Assembly: GCA_965287045.1 (NCBI GenBank)
Contig: OZ336872.1
Span: 109,306,001 to 109,370,000 of the forward strand
Direction: 5' to 3'
Length of the DNA: 64,000 nucleotides
Origin: Carcharhinus amblyrhynchos
Lineage: Eukaryota
The position numbers and the translations under genes are program-made. The notes under the pieces are model-generated. The model was not told where the DNA came from. It worked only from the letters and a program-made list of their open reading frames with translations, and ran no database searches. Position 1 is the stretch's first letter. Every line of letters starts with the position of its first letter. This document shows, one piece after another, positions 50,406 through 64,000 of this stretch.

Positions 50406-53400
50406 CAATCAAGTTGTTTCATTGTGAAATTTGGAACTGTCTTTCAGCAAGAAGTTTCAAAAAAGCTAGTGATACTCAGCAGGTCAGTGTCTATGGAGGT
50501 CAGCCAGTTGATAATTTCAGTCTTAAGGTTTATTCTCAGATTTCCAGCATGTTTTACCAAAGAATATTATAGTTAGGTATTCATTATTATGCTTTTTTTG
50601 TATTGATCTTAATGGTTCAAATATCAACCTACTTCACAGCCGTCCAAATGCTATCATTTCAAATAATGAATATTTAAGAAAAGCTTGGAACTCCTTCCCT
50701 TACTGCACTGTGGGTGAATCGACATCACTAGAATTGCAGCAGATCAATAAGGCTCACTACCATCTTTTTAAGGGCAGTGAGGGACAGACAATAAATGCTG
50801 GCCTTGCCAGTGATGCCCACACCCCATGAACAAAAATAAACTATAAAGCATTCAATTTGTTCTGTCTTCCAGATTCTGCTTCAGAATCCAATCTGGCCAT
50901 TTTTGTTTAAGAAACATTTTTCTATTCCAACCCTTCATTCCTTCTACTTACTGTTAAATAAGGAATCAATCCAATCCCTTCTGAATAATTCACATCAGTA
51001 TTTACTGCCAATGTGGAATACTATTGCTACAATAATCCAATTGTCATGCACCACTACTTCTCAATTATCCTTTTAAATTTTCCAATCCCTCAATTTACAA
51101 AATTCTTTGTAATCTTGGACTGGAAGACTATAAGTAGCTAAAATACTCCTGACCTGACTCTCAATGGGAAGATTTCATGTGTTCACTACTTGCAGCCATT
51201 ATCGTTTAGTCTAGTATAGACTCCAATTGCTACAGAAGATATCAGCAGAAATTTGTTACATCATTTATTTGGATTCATTTGGTGCAATAATTTATTTCCT
51301 TTTAAAACAGCTTAACTGATGACTCTTTGGGGACCATAATTGTTTGAAAACATTGCACCACCCTTAAATACCATTAAACCTGCATAATATTGAATGGCCC
51401 AGAAAATACTTACAGCACATTATGGCATCAGTCACCCAGAGAAACAAAGCACTTTTTTTTTAAAAAAAGGGACAATGAGAAGCCTGTACATGGAAATAAA
51501 CAGACACCAAGGAGAAATGCACACATGCTAACAAAATTGTGTTCCAATCTCACACAATATTTCACTTTAAAAAGCAAGCAATTTTTTTCCACTGAGAAAT
51601 TTTCGTGAAAATATACAAATGTGACATGCTGTGCTTGACAGATATTTAGGACAAATTGGTAAATGGTATAGATTTACATTATTAAAATCATGATGCAGAT
51701 GATTGTGGTGTTTAGGATGATTTCAAAACAGCCAGTGGCTGGGATTCTCAGGTCCCAGGGCTGTGAACAGAGATTTGGCCCAGTGTCAAATTCTCTGTTC
51801 TTGCTGGCCTCGGTAGCAGGATGCGCAAGACAGGAGATTTCCAGCATACGCATGAAGGTTCATATATATTCAGTGTAGTAAGATATGAAATCTATTTTAT
51901 ATATGTTACCTCTTTTTGAAGTACAATTCACCATATTCACAACTCTTTCATCTGAGGAGGGCAAAGCAAAACCTACAGAATTTTCTTCACTCAAACAACT
52001 TGACCCTCAAACACAATTTAAGGCACATGTCCTTTATATCAGATAATTTATCATAAACATTATGCTCGTTTATCCTATAATCCCATGACATATCACACAT
52101 TTCATGACAATTCCAATCATGTTTCTTTTATTATTACCTTGTTTCCAATTACCTACAATTGCATTACCAATTTCTTGTGTTCTTTCTTGACAAAGTGCAG
52201 GAGGAATATTTCAGCAACTTCAATCTCAACCTTTGAGCATTAATGAAAGAAATTTTTAAATGTTTCCTTGCCAAAGGAATATCTATTTATTCATGGGATG
52301 TAAGCAAGACCAACATTTTGTTGCCTGTCGTTATTGTCCTTGAGGTGGTGATGAACACCATCTCAAAATTCTACAGCCCTCATGATGTAGATACAATGCT
52401 TTTATGATATATTGGCCTTAGAAAGATTGCAACAGGAAACAATGACTTGCACTTATATAGTGCCATTGGTTGTTCCCAAATAGATTCAAATACAATGACG
52501 TATTTTTGAAGTGTTAGCACTGTTGTCATGTAGGAAACGCAGGAATTATTCATGGTGTTCTGATATTCATCCCTCAAGCGTAAAACACAGATTATCTAAT
52601 CATTATCAAATGGCTTATCGTGGGAGTTGGTCAACATAAATTAGCTGCCACATATCCTACAACAACGACCACACTTGAAGTACTTCATGAGCTGTAAAGC
52701 ATTTTGAGACATCCAAGAGGTCATATGAAGCATGATATTAATGAAATTATTTTTATTTACATACTTGGGCTCCAGGATAACTGCACCTTCAGCCATCTCT
52801 TCCTGGTCTCCATGTAAAACTTGGTTTCCCTGACTTCTCCATCCCATTACCTGGTGTTACTGGAAGCTATACTGAAGTGGCATAACAACTTTAGGAAACC
52901 AATGGGCAGCCAGCATAAACTTTGGAAAAATAAAAGTTAAACAATCATCTCACCTGCAACTGGCTCGCAGCCCTTTAATTTGCGTTGATTCAGGTCCCAT
53001 CTTCTAGCTACAGCTGGTTTGACTGTGACGTCAGGATAGCATCAGAGCAAGCTGTTTCAGCATGTGTCTAACACACATGTTCTTCTTCTGCTCTCATGCC
53101 ATGCAAGTCAGTTAGGAAACAGTTGGTGATGCAATCCAGACAGTAAGTGGTGCAACCCTTCGGCAATGCTGTGTAAGAGAATCTCTAGCCCACCATCTGA
53201 AACATTTCATCAGGTTTTAAAATGAGCTTTTGCTTTTCACTGGAAAATGTAATCATGCTTTGAGTCATAACTAATATAATATCTATTCATTATGTTTTAC
53301 AATGATACAAACTTTTACTTTTAAATGCAAGTTCCAGGCAATTTTTTCAGTTTCTTGCTGACCAACTTTGCTTTGAAAAGGAATTCTCAAAATAAAGTTT

Positions 53401-53996
53401 GGCTTTGTAGCTCTAGTGCTAAAGAAACCATTAATTTCATTAAATAGTTCAGCTCTGTTTTCATCTCATTGTTGTTGAGCAACCACATTTCATGCTCAAT
53501 CTTTTTAAATGCCTCAATTTGAGATTATTCAACACAACATTTTTGATGCAAAGTATTTGAATTAATTAAATATCTCAATAAAATACTGGTCATTTGCTCT
53601 GGTTTAAGTATCCTTTGAATAAACTAACTGTAGAGATTATTTTTAAAGTAACTTCATTGCAGAGTAACTTGTGCTTCAATGTGTACACAGACTTAATCAG
53701 TCACTGTAGGGGACAGTGAACAAGTGTGAACATATGAATGCAAAAATCCTTTATGACTTCAGATGTCAGTTTGTAACTAGTACCTTTTAATAGGAAAGGA
53801 TGATTCAGTAGTCATTCAGTTTTCTATTATAAAACCTGTGTATTACAAAAACATTTTCAAATGCACAGGAAAGGCTATTTAAATTTTTTTCAATGCGTCA
53901 TTTGGGAGAACCACTGCACAGTCCATTATATTTTCATTTTTTCTTAATTTCAGTTTCCCAATATAAGCACTGGAATAATCATTCCCACACGTTCTT

Positions 53997-54155
53997 CTAA
54001 TGACGGCTCGATGATAAACTTTTAGATTTTGAAAGTTTCTTTGTAGATGGACGTTGTTCAACAAGCTGTGGAGTGTCACGGTCCATGGGATGCTGATCAG
54101 GGTCTTGTGTTGAGGTAGAAGCTGTTGCCTTCAATGTCTTCTTTATGTTCGCCAC
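53997..54155 (-). CDS. COPS7B: COP9 signalosome subunit 7b, terminal coding exon
   Basis: tttttaag|VANIKKTLKATASTSTQDPDQHPMDRDTPQLVEQRPSTKKLSKSKSLSSSRH*; SSRH C-terminus typical of COPS7B. Confidence 0.95.
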   Translation of the reverse strand: MANIKKTLKATASTSTQDPDQHPMDRDTPQLVEQRPSTKKLSKSKSLSSSRH

Positions 54156-55033
54156 CTTAAAAATAAAAGTCACAGCCATAAAAACTTATATCATTCTTTA
54201 CTGCAGAACATAGAACTACAAAGCATAGGAAAGCACTTGAGCTACTTTAGGCTTTTAAAAAAGCTAATCTGCCATCATACCACCATGAACCCAACATTAA
54301 TACTATTAAATCCAATGCGCTGCGCATTGTCAGATACACAACTTTATTTATACATGTTTATTTACTTAAACCCATCAGACCGCTATGTGCTTGCTCCATC
54401 TTTCAGCTAATGTCACGTTCAAGCCCCTGCTATCTTTCCCCTCTGTTGTTCTACAATATTCTAAGCTAAGTTTATAAAGTTTAACAGTAAAAAGACAATA
54501 AATGTTTAGGATCTTTGTTCTGCTTTTTCGTAGCTCTCATCCACAATTTTAGGGGTGGGTTTTGACTGGATAGCATCATTTTCATCCAAACTGAAGCTCA
54601 AAAGTCTGCATTTTAACCTAGCTCCAAAAGCACTTTTGGTTATTAAAAGGCAACTAAACCCTCTGGCAGCCAAGACAGCCCAACAATGCCAGGACAAGTG
54701 CAGTTGTCTATACTAGAGTACGGTTCAATTGTATATATTATCTTGGTTTAGAATACACAACCACTTTCTCTAAATAAGTCACTCAAAAAGTAGTCCTGCG
54801 AAGTTAGGAGGGATATTAAAAATGAATATTATCGGAGGTGAGCAAGCAATAGAAAACCAAATTAAATATGTAAAAAAGGAGTTTTACAGACAGCAGTTGC
54901 ACATTTGAAGATTGTCACAATTGTAACATGGCTTACAATTAAAAACAAATTCCTGTCAACAGATTAAACTACATACGTTCGATGGAAAATGCAGGATTAA
55001 TGGGTCAATAATTTTTTTAAAATCTTCACTCAC

Positions 55034-55139
55034 CTCGGTGTCTACCTGCTGCTGAGTTTTTGTGTGGCCTTCCTTGTACTGATTGACGCGGAGGACTTGT
55101 TGCTCAATTCCAAGCAAAACCGCTTGACAACAATCACAC
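55034..55139 (-). CDS. COPS7B: COP9 signalosome subunit 7b, internal exon (106 nt)
   Basis: cag|(W)[35 protein letters not shown]|gtgagt; phases consistent with neighbours. Confidence 0.95.
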
Positions 55140-56299
55140 CTGTTAAGAAACAGGACAGATTGTTAGAATATTGCCTTTTTCTATACAGCTGTCATAGACA
55201 AATGCATTTAAAAACACTTAAGATAACAAATGAATATGTTTTAATAAGTTTGCGCCAATCCTGAGTATATGGTGCAATTACAGTACTTCAGAAAAGTCAT
55301 AACTTTTATCGCAAAGGTCACACAGCCAACAAAATAACAACAATCCTTTCCAATTATTATATAGTTTGACAATTATCTGTATTACTGTCAGCTCTAAGTC
55401 TTGAACATTGCATGTCAAAAAAATTCAAAAAGAGGCAAATTTGCTTATAATTTTGTAACACCCCTGCTTTTCAGACACTGAAGATTTATTTCCAGCAGTT
55501 TCCAGTCTGCCAGATTTTGGTAAGTGTATAAAGGTTAGAACCTTTCTGTTTGCAATGTAGTGTGATTTGTGAATGATACAGATAATAAAAGTACTGAACA
55601 TGTGCTTCATGTTTTATTTTAGAAGAGTCTAGACTGAATTTTGGAAAAAAAAAATCAATACATTGTCCTCTCAGTTAACATTACTTTTCCACAATTAAAA
55701 TGTGGAGGAACTGAGCATTGCGACAGGATACATTGATATGATTTGAAAAGAGGACATAAAATAAGCTCTCCAATCGGATACATTTCATTGTGTTTATCCA
55801 AGGAGATACTTGCCATAGAGGGAGTGTATTGGAGGCTCACCAAATTAATCCCTGGGATGGCAGGGATTAATTAAATCTGTTTTATGAAGAGAGATTGAGG
55901 AGGCTGAGTACGTATTCCCTACAGCTTTGAAGAATGATGGGTGTCCTCATGATAGGATGGATGTAAAGGCCTTGACATTGGTGCAAAACACTGCAAGAGT
56001 CAAAAAATGCAAATTTTGCTGGCACGTCTTGTTTCATTCACATCCCCCCACGAGGGACGAAACAAGGTTCTCACCAAAGGAGGTTGGGAACCTCATTTCA
56101 ATGCATCACTACATTCTTAGCAGGAAGTCCTGCAGTAATGTCCCCCTTCATTGTATATTCCAGTTTACAACAGGTTTTAAAACATGCACCAAGAGTGAAT
56201 GGCACTATTCACCAGGGAATCCATGGGAAAGAGGGTGCCAGGGAGTTCTGGAGGGACCCAGACCCACCCACACACCCACCCATAGGTTGACCCAGAGTA

Positions 56300-57010
56300 G
56301 GGCATCTTTGCTGCGTTACCTACCCATCAGTAGGCAACGCAGAGTAACATCAGACTGAGATTGGTCGAGTCCCCATTCTCTGGGAAAATACTGTCTAAAA
56401 TCATTGAAAGATGAAGGTGATTTGGAGGGAGAGAAAGTAGGACCAGGCTAGCCAGGACACCAGAACAATGAGGTTTGCCCACATAGCTGGTTTCCCGCAA
56501 GTGCAGGAAGGCATTAGTTGTACGTACATGGCTACCTGTTCCCCAAGGCGTCAAGGTTTCTCCTTCATAGGAAGGGCTTCCACTCCTTGAATATGACATC
56601 ACATTCTCTATGACCATGACAAGGACATCCTGCATGTGTGCTAGGTTCCCAGGAAGCATGCGCAATAGCGACATCCTTGGCTATTCTCAGATACCCAAGG
56701 TATTCAAGGGAGCTCACTGACTAAAGGGCTGGCTCCTTGAAGACAAGGTCATGGCTGATGACAGCTATTAAGACAGCACAGAATGCAGCAGAAACCTAGT
56801 CACAATGAGGCACATGCTGCAACTCATGCTTTGGTTGAGTAGATGATCTGGTTCTGGTACCTGGACCGGTCAAGTGGAGCCCTCCAGTAAAGCCCCCAGA
56901 GGGTTTTGCACACTGTGCTGTGCCCTCCACAACTTGGCACTGCAATGGAGCAAGAAACTGGCAGACAAGCAGCTGGACAAGTGGCACATCTCCCAAGAGT
57001 GATGTAGCTC
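56300..57010 (+). mobile_element. Harbinger transposase remnant (intronic)
   Basis: Degenerate GFPQVQ, CARFPGSMR, GWLLEDKV..WLMT, CCALHNLA motifs. Confidence 0.7.
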
Positions 57011-57348
57011 AAGGATCTTCAGCCCGATGGAGGATATAAAACATCATGCCTCTCCTCCACCACATCCAGCAACCTGGTCAGTGCTCCCTCTGAGAAGTAT
57101 GAGGCAGCTTCCTGCAGCCACTGTCTTGGCTAGACTTTGAGCAAGTCCAGGGTAGGTGTTTAAATGGTGCTCTTGGAAGTGCTCAGCAGATAGCGGGGCA
57201 GGTGAATCAGAGACAGCACAGCTTTCTTTTAAAAAGTAACTAAAAATATTCCGTGAAAATGGATCAATGAGCTGGTCTTTTATTTTTTTTTTGCCCAAAA
57301 CGGTAGAAAATTCTGTCCCAGATATTTCTCCTGGCTGATGAGTGTAAA

Positions 57349-57497
57349 TGACGTGGATGTGCCGGCGTTGGACTGGGGTAAACACAGTAAAAAGTCTGAC
57401 AACACCAGGTTTTAGTCCAAGGGAAACCTCGAAAGCTTGTGCGTTTACTATCAAATAAATTGGTTGGACTAAAACCTGGTGTTGTCAGACTTTTTAC
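57349..57497 (-). mobile_element. Short Penelope-derived fold-back insertion
   Basis: ~35-bp inverted arms (gtaaaaagtctgacaacaccaggttttagtccaa); 13-bp TSD tgatgagtgtaaa (57336-57348, 57498-57510); same family as 15881-16091. Confidence 0.85.
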
Positions 57498-57837
57498 TGA
57501 TGAGTGTAAAACCAGGGGACATAATCTCAGGCTAAAGGGTAGGCCATTTAAGACTGAGATCAGAAATATTTTCACTCAGCATGGTGAATCTTTGAGCACC
57601 AACAGCCCTCTGGGATCGAGAACTTCAATCATTGAATATGTTCAAGACAGAAATCGATTTCTGGGTATTCATGACATCAAGGCATATGGGGCAGGAAAGT
57701 GGTATTAAAAGGTAGATGATCAGCCATGATCACTAGGCCCAATGGGCTGAACTGCCCACTTCTGAGCCTATGTTCTTATTTTAGGATCATAATATGCTGT
57801 GGCCAAATTTTGCTGCAATTAACTTTCATATCAGTGT

Positions 57838-59812
57838 ACAGTAAGGAGTCTCATAACACCAGGTTAAAGTCCAACAAGTTTATTTGCTAGCACAAGCTTC
57901 CAGGTCACTGCTCCTTCATCAGGTGAGTGAAGAGTTGTGTTCACAAACAGGGCGTACGTAGACACAAACTCAATTACAAGATAGTGGTTGGAATGCGAGT
58001 CTTAACAGGTCATCAAATCTTTACAGGTACAGACAATGTGAGTGGAGAGACGGTTAAGCACAGGTTTAAGAGGTGTGAACTGTCTCAAGCCAGGACAGTT
58101 AGTGAGATTTTGCAAGCCCAGGCAAGTTGTGGAGGTTGCAGATAGTGTGACATGAACCCAAGATCCCAGATTAGGCCGTCCTCGCATGCAGAACTCAGCT
58201 ATCAGATTCTGCTTGTGATTCTGCATTGTTGTGTGTCTTGAAGGCTGCCTTGGAGGACGCTTACCCGAAGATCGGAGGCTGAATACCCTCGATTGCTGAA
58301 GTGCTTTCCAACTAGAAGGGAACACTCCTGTCTGGTGATTGTCGGGCAGTGTCCACTCATCTGTCATCATAGTGTCTGCATGGTCTCACCGACGTACCAT
58401 GCCTCGGGACATCCTTTCCACAGGTTCGAACAAGACCTTGTCGCCGCACAGAACCTTCAACCGACGCTATACACTAGATACATCAATGACATTTTCTCCC
58501 TTTGGACTCATGGCGAACAATCACTGAACCAACTACATAATGACATAATCAAGTTCCATCCCACCAGACTCACCATGGAATACTCTCCAGAATCAGTCGC
58601 ATTCTTGGACACACGCATCTCCATCAGGACTGTCACCTCAGCACTTCACTGTACCGTAAGCCCACAGATAACCTCATGATGCTGCACTTCTCCAGGTTCC
58701 ACCCTAAACACGATAAAGAAGCCACCCCCTACAGACAAGCCCTCCGTATACACAAGATCTGCTCAGATAAGGAGGAATGCAACAGACACCTACAGATGCT
58801 TAAAGACATCCTCATAAGAACAGGATGTGGCGCTTGATTAGACAGTTCCAACACGCCATAGCGAGAAACTGCACCTCCTCAGAAGGCAAACATTCGTCAT
58901 CCAGTACTTTCCTGCTAAGACATCTTCTTCAGGGCCTTCAACACATCATCAATGAAGATGAACATCTCACCAAGGCCATCCCCATACCCTCATTACTTGC
59001 ATTCAAACAACCACACAACTTCAAGCAAACCAGTGCTAGCAGCAAACTACCCAGCCTTCAGAAGAACAGCAACCATGACAACACAACTTTGTCACAACAA
59101 CCTCTGCAATCTGTACCAGATCATCAACATGGATGCCATCATCTCACGTGAGAACACCATTCACCAGGTACACAATACATACTCACATGACTCGGCCCAT
59201 GTCTACCTAATACGCTGCAGGAAAAGATGTCCTGAGACTTGGTACACTAGCGAGACCATGCACATGCTACAACAATGGATGAATGGACACTGCTTGACAA
59301 TCACCAGGTAAGAGTGTTCCCTTACTGTCAGGGGACACTTCCAGCAGTTGAGGGCATTCGGCCTTCAATCTTCAGGTAAGCATTCTCCAAGGCGGCCTTC
59401 AAGACACACGACAATGCAGAATCACAAGCAGAAACTGATAGCCAAGTTTTGCACAAGAGGACTGCCTCAACCAAGATCTTAGGTTCATGTCACACTACCT
59501 GTAACCCCCATTACTTGCCTGGGTTTGCAAAATCTCTAACTGTCCTGGCTTGAGACAATTCACACCTCTTTAACCTGTGCACACTGTCTGCACCTGCAAA
59601 GACTTGATTACCTGTTAAAACCCGTATTCCAACCATTATCTTGCAACTGAGCCTGTGTCTATATGCCATGATTGTGGACATACCCCTTCACTCACCTGAT
59701 GTAGGAGTGGCACGTCGAAAGCTTATGCTGCCAAGTAAACCTGTTGAACTTCAACCTAGTGTTGAGAGACTTCTTACTGTGCCTACCCCAGTCTAATGCT
59801 AGCATCTCCACA
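57838..59812 (+). mobile_element. Penelope-like element (RT C-terminus, GIY-YIG, pLTR) with ~570-bp inverted 5' segment
   Basis: LYTRYINDIFSLWTHG, VAFLDTRISI, VYLIRCRKRCPETWYTSET; catatcagtg at both flanks (57827, 59811). Confidence 0.88.
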
Positions 59813-59957
59813 TATCAGTGCAGATGTGAAAGAAAAATCATGAATGCAGATAAGTTTTCCATAATTTCATTAAGATACATATGAGTCAGAATGTTTTTGT
59901 GATTATCCCCTAACATTTTCTGTAATAAATAATATGAACAAAGAAAATCACAATTAC

Positions 59958-60160
59958 CATTCCTGGAGAGTTTTAACAATGTTGCTGATATCTTGCTTTT
60001 GGAGATCTCTGCCAATGCAAAAGTCGACTTCAAGAAGCTGATTTCGCTGATCGAGCTTGCCTTGTATTATATCAGTATAAATTGCTTCAATAATTAAATC
60101 CTCCAACTCTCTGAGGTTTCTAATATCAAGGTCTTTCAGGAGCATGGAATATGGAATGCA
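59958..60160 (-). CDS. COPS7B: COP9 signalosome subunit 7b, internal exon (203 nt, PCI domain)
   Basis: cag|[68 protein letters not shown]|gtaatt. Confidence 0.97.
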
Positions 60161-61803
60161 CTGCCAAGTTATAAAAGAATGGTTAACAACTTCAGTACAG
60201 TGACCAAAAAAAACACTTTTGATTTATAAGATGACCAAAATCTGAAATTATATTTTTCAATACAGGACCAAATATAAATGCAATGAATTGTTGGGAAGTC
60301 ATTCATTGCTTCCAATGCAATCTTCTGAAATTGCAACTAAGATAAAAAAAACTTGGTTTCGATTTTTCATTAATATTAATTGTTACAACATATCCAGCTA
60401 ATTTAAAATAATCATAAAAAACTCAATCATACATTCACCATATCTTTACAAAGATTTGTACAAAGGTGTTATGTAAAGTAAGCACTATCAATTAAGCAAT
60501 TCTATAGAGTTTGGCAAGAAAGTTATGAACAGTAACACAAATTCTCAAATAAGTTGTTTATCTAGTAAAATCTCAACTTTAGTTGAGTTTTCCCACAATC
60601 CTTACTTAGCAATGGGACTATGGGAGCAAAAACAGCGATTGTACAATGTTGGTAGAGGTGTGAACTGCAAAAGCAGAAGTCACATGAGAAATTCAATTTA
60701 GAAGGAGAAATTAACGTGGACAAAAAAAAACAAGTTTTAGATATCAATTTAAAACTGGTCAGATTTACTTAGCATGTTAGGAATTTTTAATAAAACCCTC
60801 ATGTTAGTGCTGTACCGCACAAAGATGTTACAAAGGTTAAAATAAAATTTGTAAAAGATGTTAGCGCTGAGGGAACAGAATGCATTATAGGCAGCCAGTT
60901 TAAGAATCAAACACTCTGGGATCAAGCACAGTTTGGTTAGATGACAATACTTCAACTAAAGCACTCTCCATTTCCCAACAAATATGCTTTATTTCCAAGT
61001 TAGAAAAACAATATAGCATGACTTTTCCCCATCATCAATCCAGTGGGTTTTGAATTATATGCCAGTTGAGGGCAGTTTTGCGATGAAAGCCCATAATCTT
61101 TAGGAATTGGATTATAACTGGCCAACCCATTTCATGTTGAGACAAGACAGGAGTCAGGGAGATTTTCATCCTGTCAACTTGAGCTGTACTCAAACCCAGA
61201 TCTTGAGGAATAGGGTAGGGTACACCCCACAACATCATCTAATTCCCTGGAATATTTTTCATTTTGATAAAATGAAATAGCACATACAAACAAAAATGAG
61301 AAATAAAACATTTCAACTGTACTAGAATGAGAGACAGCGAGAAAGAAAGAGATAGAGATAGATGATACATAAAGGGGAAGACTGAATAACCTCCTAGACA
61401 GTATAAAGAGACATGTGTTTATTAAATGTTTGCTTATAAAAAGTCTGCCTCTGGCTTTAAGAAACTTCCCAGACATTTCTCAATAGGTCTAAGGTAGTCC
61501 AAGTCACCCTAATGTGATGGAACAATGATTTCAAATATTATTAGTGTTAACTTAGCTATGGATTTCCATCTAATTCATATTCACTTTTACATTGCAATAA
61601 CAGTACCAATTAGAGTATAATTGCTATCAAAGTTAAAGAAAGAAAATGTAGTACCCATGTAAACAACATATACAAGTTTGATTGTGCTCTTACAAAAATG
61701 TGCTGACTACAAAACTAAATTGAGTTAGAACACAAAGAAAAATTACTATATGGCAATGCGTCCTGGACACCTAGCATGTAGGCACAAACAAAATCTTAAG
61801 TAC

Positions 61804-61892
61804 CTTCATTCTTGCCGCCAAGCTTACTATGGTGAGATGTTTCAGCTTGTTCTTCTGAGCTAATGTTAATTCGGGTAGACTTCCCTTATTTG
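61804..61892 (-). CDS. COPS7B: COP9 signalosome subunit 7b, internal exon (89 nt); upstream exons lie right of the window
   Basis: tttag|(A)[29 protein letters not shown]|gtactt. Confidence 0.95.
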
Positions 61893-62959
61893 CTAAACAA
61901 CAGAAAATATGTAATTCTAGAAAGAACCTTTAGTTAATTAAAGCAAGAATCATACAGAGCTCAAATCTGCTAAGTGCACAACCAGCTTGCCAAAGGAAGT
62001 TATGTTTGGATCATGCTTTCTTCAATTCCCCCAAAGTCCATTTAATTTTTCAAATCAATTCAAACATAAATATTGATTTTATTTTAAAAATGGCAAGATT
62101 CTTAAAAATAGTCCATTGTCTTTATGTAACTGTCAACAGTGCATTTATTACATTTATATGCTACTATACAATGAACATAGGAAAGATAAGTGAGGAGCAT
62201 TTATGTTTAAACCACAACTTGTAGACTCAGAACATCAAGAGCTAATTAGAATTCTATTCTTGGTTCAAGCATGCTTTTAAATAAGCATGACCTGTAAGAT
62301 TTTGAAACATTTAGTTTTTGCATGAACATCAGATTTGTGTGGAAATATCAAATAAATTCTTAAGTATGAGTTAGTTAACAATGTTTTTTTTAAATCATAA
62401 CTGAAATAAACTCATTAATGAACAATATTTTTCAGTTTAAAAAGTTAAGCAGTTTAAATAAAGTATCAACATGTTAGCAATTATTCTCAATACTAGTACA
62501 GCTTGTGAAAACTGGAATCATATTCAATGTGTAATATGCTTACTGACATGAAATATCAGCTTCAGCACTGAGTGCCACTTGCATGTAGAAGATACTGATT
62601 TCAACACATTTATACACAGTATGCATTTTTACCTACAAATCAAGTCAAAAGAAAACAATTTTGTATTTAAATTTTAGAATAGCCTTATTGTTATAGTACT
62701 GAAATAAGGAGCCAAAAGATTGAGCCCATTGAGAGTGGTGATTTGTGGGCTGTGATATGATTCTTGTTCTATAAGACTCTCCTTGCCCATGGGCAACCAG
62801 AGATGGGGAATAAACGCTATACATGATACTTCTCAAAAATAAAAAGCCTACTTCAGGTAATTTCATTTTTTTTAATTAAAGAAGTTTTCAATAATTCAAA
62901 ATAAACAAGGCAAGCAGAAATGTGGGAAATGAAAGCAAAAATTTGAAATTGATTTTTTT

Positions 62960-63930
62960 TATTTGTTCATGGGATGTGGGCATTGTTACAAGGCCAGCTT
63001 TTACTGTTTACTGCTCATTGAGATTATGGTGGGGAGCCACCAGATTGAAGCATTGCAGTTTATGTTGAGTTGCTATATCCAAAGTGCTGTTGGCTTCTTT
63101 TAGGTCACATCAAATAAATAAATCAGGAGGGAGCTCCAGGAGTTTGACTCAGAAATTATTATACATTTCCAAGTCAGGATGCTGTGCAACTTTGCAGAGA
63201 ATTTGCAGGTGGTGATGCTCCCATGCACCTGCTTTCCTTGTTCTTCCAGACAGTTGAGGTGATGGTTTTGGAAGGTGCTGTCAAAGAAGCCTTGATGAGT
63301 CGCTGGTACACACCAATGTTCCCGCCAATCTCCTTTCATTGTGCACAGCCCATTTGATACACTTGGTCCCTTTAAGGTTGTCAAGCATCCACTCATCATA
63401 AAGGGGTCACTGCTTGTGTGTGACATATTTACCCCTTTGCAAAACCATGTAGTTAGAAGGTTGGTGCACACTGCATCCTTGGTGGTGGAAGAAGTGAATG
63501 GTGACAATGGTGGATAGCATGTCAATATACCAGACTGCTTTGTGCTAAATGTCAGTCATATTGTTGCACTCAGATAAGTGGAGAATTTGCCATCACATTC
63601 CTGACTTGTACCTTGTAGATAGTGGAAAGGCTTCTGGAAATCAGAAGGTGTGCAAGCCTTTGCAAAATATCCAGCCTCTGACTTGCTCTTACAACTGTGC
63701 CAGGCCCACTAAATTTTCTGGTCAGTGGTGGCTCCCTAGAGTGTTAAATATGGAGGGATGGAGGATTCAGCAAGGGTTTAGCTACAGAATGTCACGAGTG
63801 ATGGTGAGATCTCCATCAGAAATAACTCAAATGTTACTCGTTCCTTATTAGCTCAAGCTTGACCTGGTCTTGCTGTATGCAATTTGAATTACAAAGACAT
63901 GGGTTTTATGTAATGTTTCAATGATGTCCT
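62960..63930 (-). mobile_element. Old L2/CR1-clade LINE 3' remnant (intronic)
   Basis: Tail atttgttcatgggatgtgggcatt..ggccagc and body ttccaagtcaggatg..ttggaaggtgctgtcaaag shared with shorter remnants at ~12250, ~46140-46490 and ~52280. Confidence 0.55.
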
Positions 63931-64000
63931 CAGGATGTTTAAATGCTTCTTGCCCACTTAATTATGTTTGCAATATTTTGTATTTACCAGAAAGATATTC

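Noticed and set aside
50150-53996. Exact COPS7B polyadenylation site and 3'UTR length
   Set aside because: Several AATAAA candidates on minus; cannot choose without transcript data.
1-64000. CRISPR arrays or prokaryotic systems
   Set aside because: Spliced vertebrate genes and retroelements only; no repeat-spacer array seen.

Overview
Repeat-rich vertebrate genomic DNA, very likely a shark or other elasmobranch judging by its repeat families (HE1/V-SINE-like and DeuSINE-like SINEs, CR1, Rex1/Babar, Tx1, Penelope, Harbinger). The right end holds the last four coding exons of COPS7B on the minus strand (61804-61892, 59958-60160, 55034-55139, 53997-54155). Downstream, on the same strand, are two tandemly duplicated natriuretic-peptide (NPPC/CNP-like) genes that the ORF track only partly reveals. 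Copy B (40451->33.2k) has a TATA+CRE promoter, a 90-nt signal-peptide exon, a pro/mature exon and a probable 3'UTR exon. It encodes a 95-aa precursor ending CFKNKLDKIGAMSNLGSV*, where a 2-nt insertion removes the ring-closing Cys; without it the peptide has a 17-residue ring plus a C-terminal tail (GC-LIYNTQ*). Copy A (29171->26443) is a pseudogene. The rings of the two copies differ far more than their pro-regions, almost only non-synonymously. An older, TE-riddled copy of the COPS7B last exon and 3' flank lies at ~9.0-22.1 kb, suggesting a larger duplication and possibly another NP paralog left of the window. Several Penelope insertions form fold-back hairpins with target-site duplications and hammerhead-like cores. 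TE boundaries and identity values are by-eye estimates; family calls rest on remembered motifs, not database searches.
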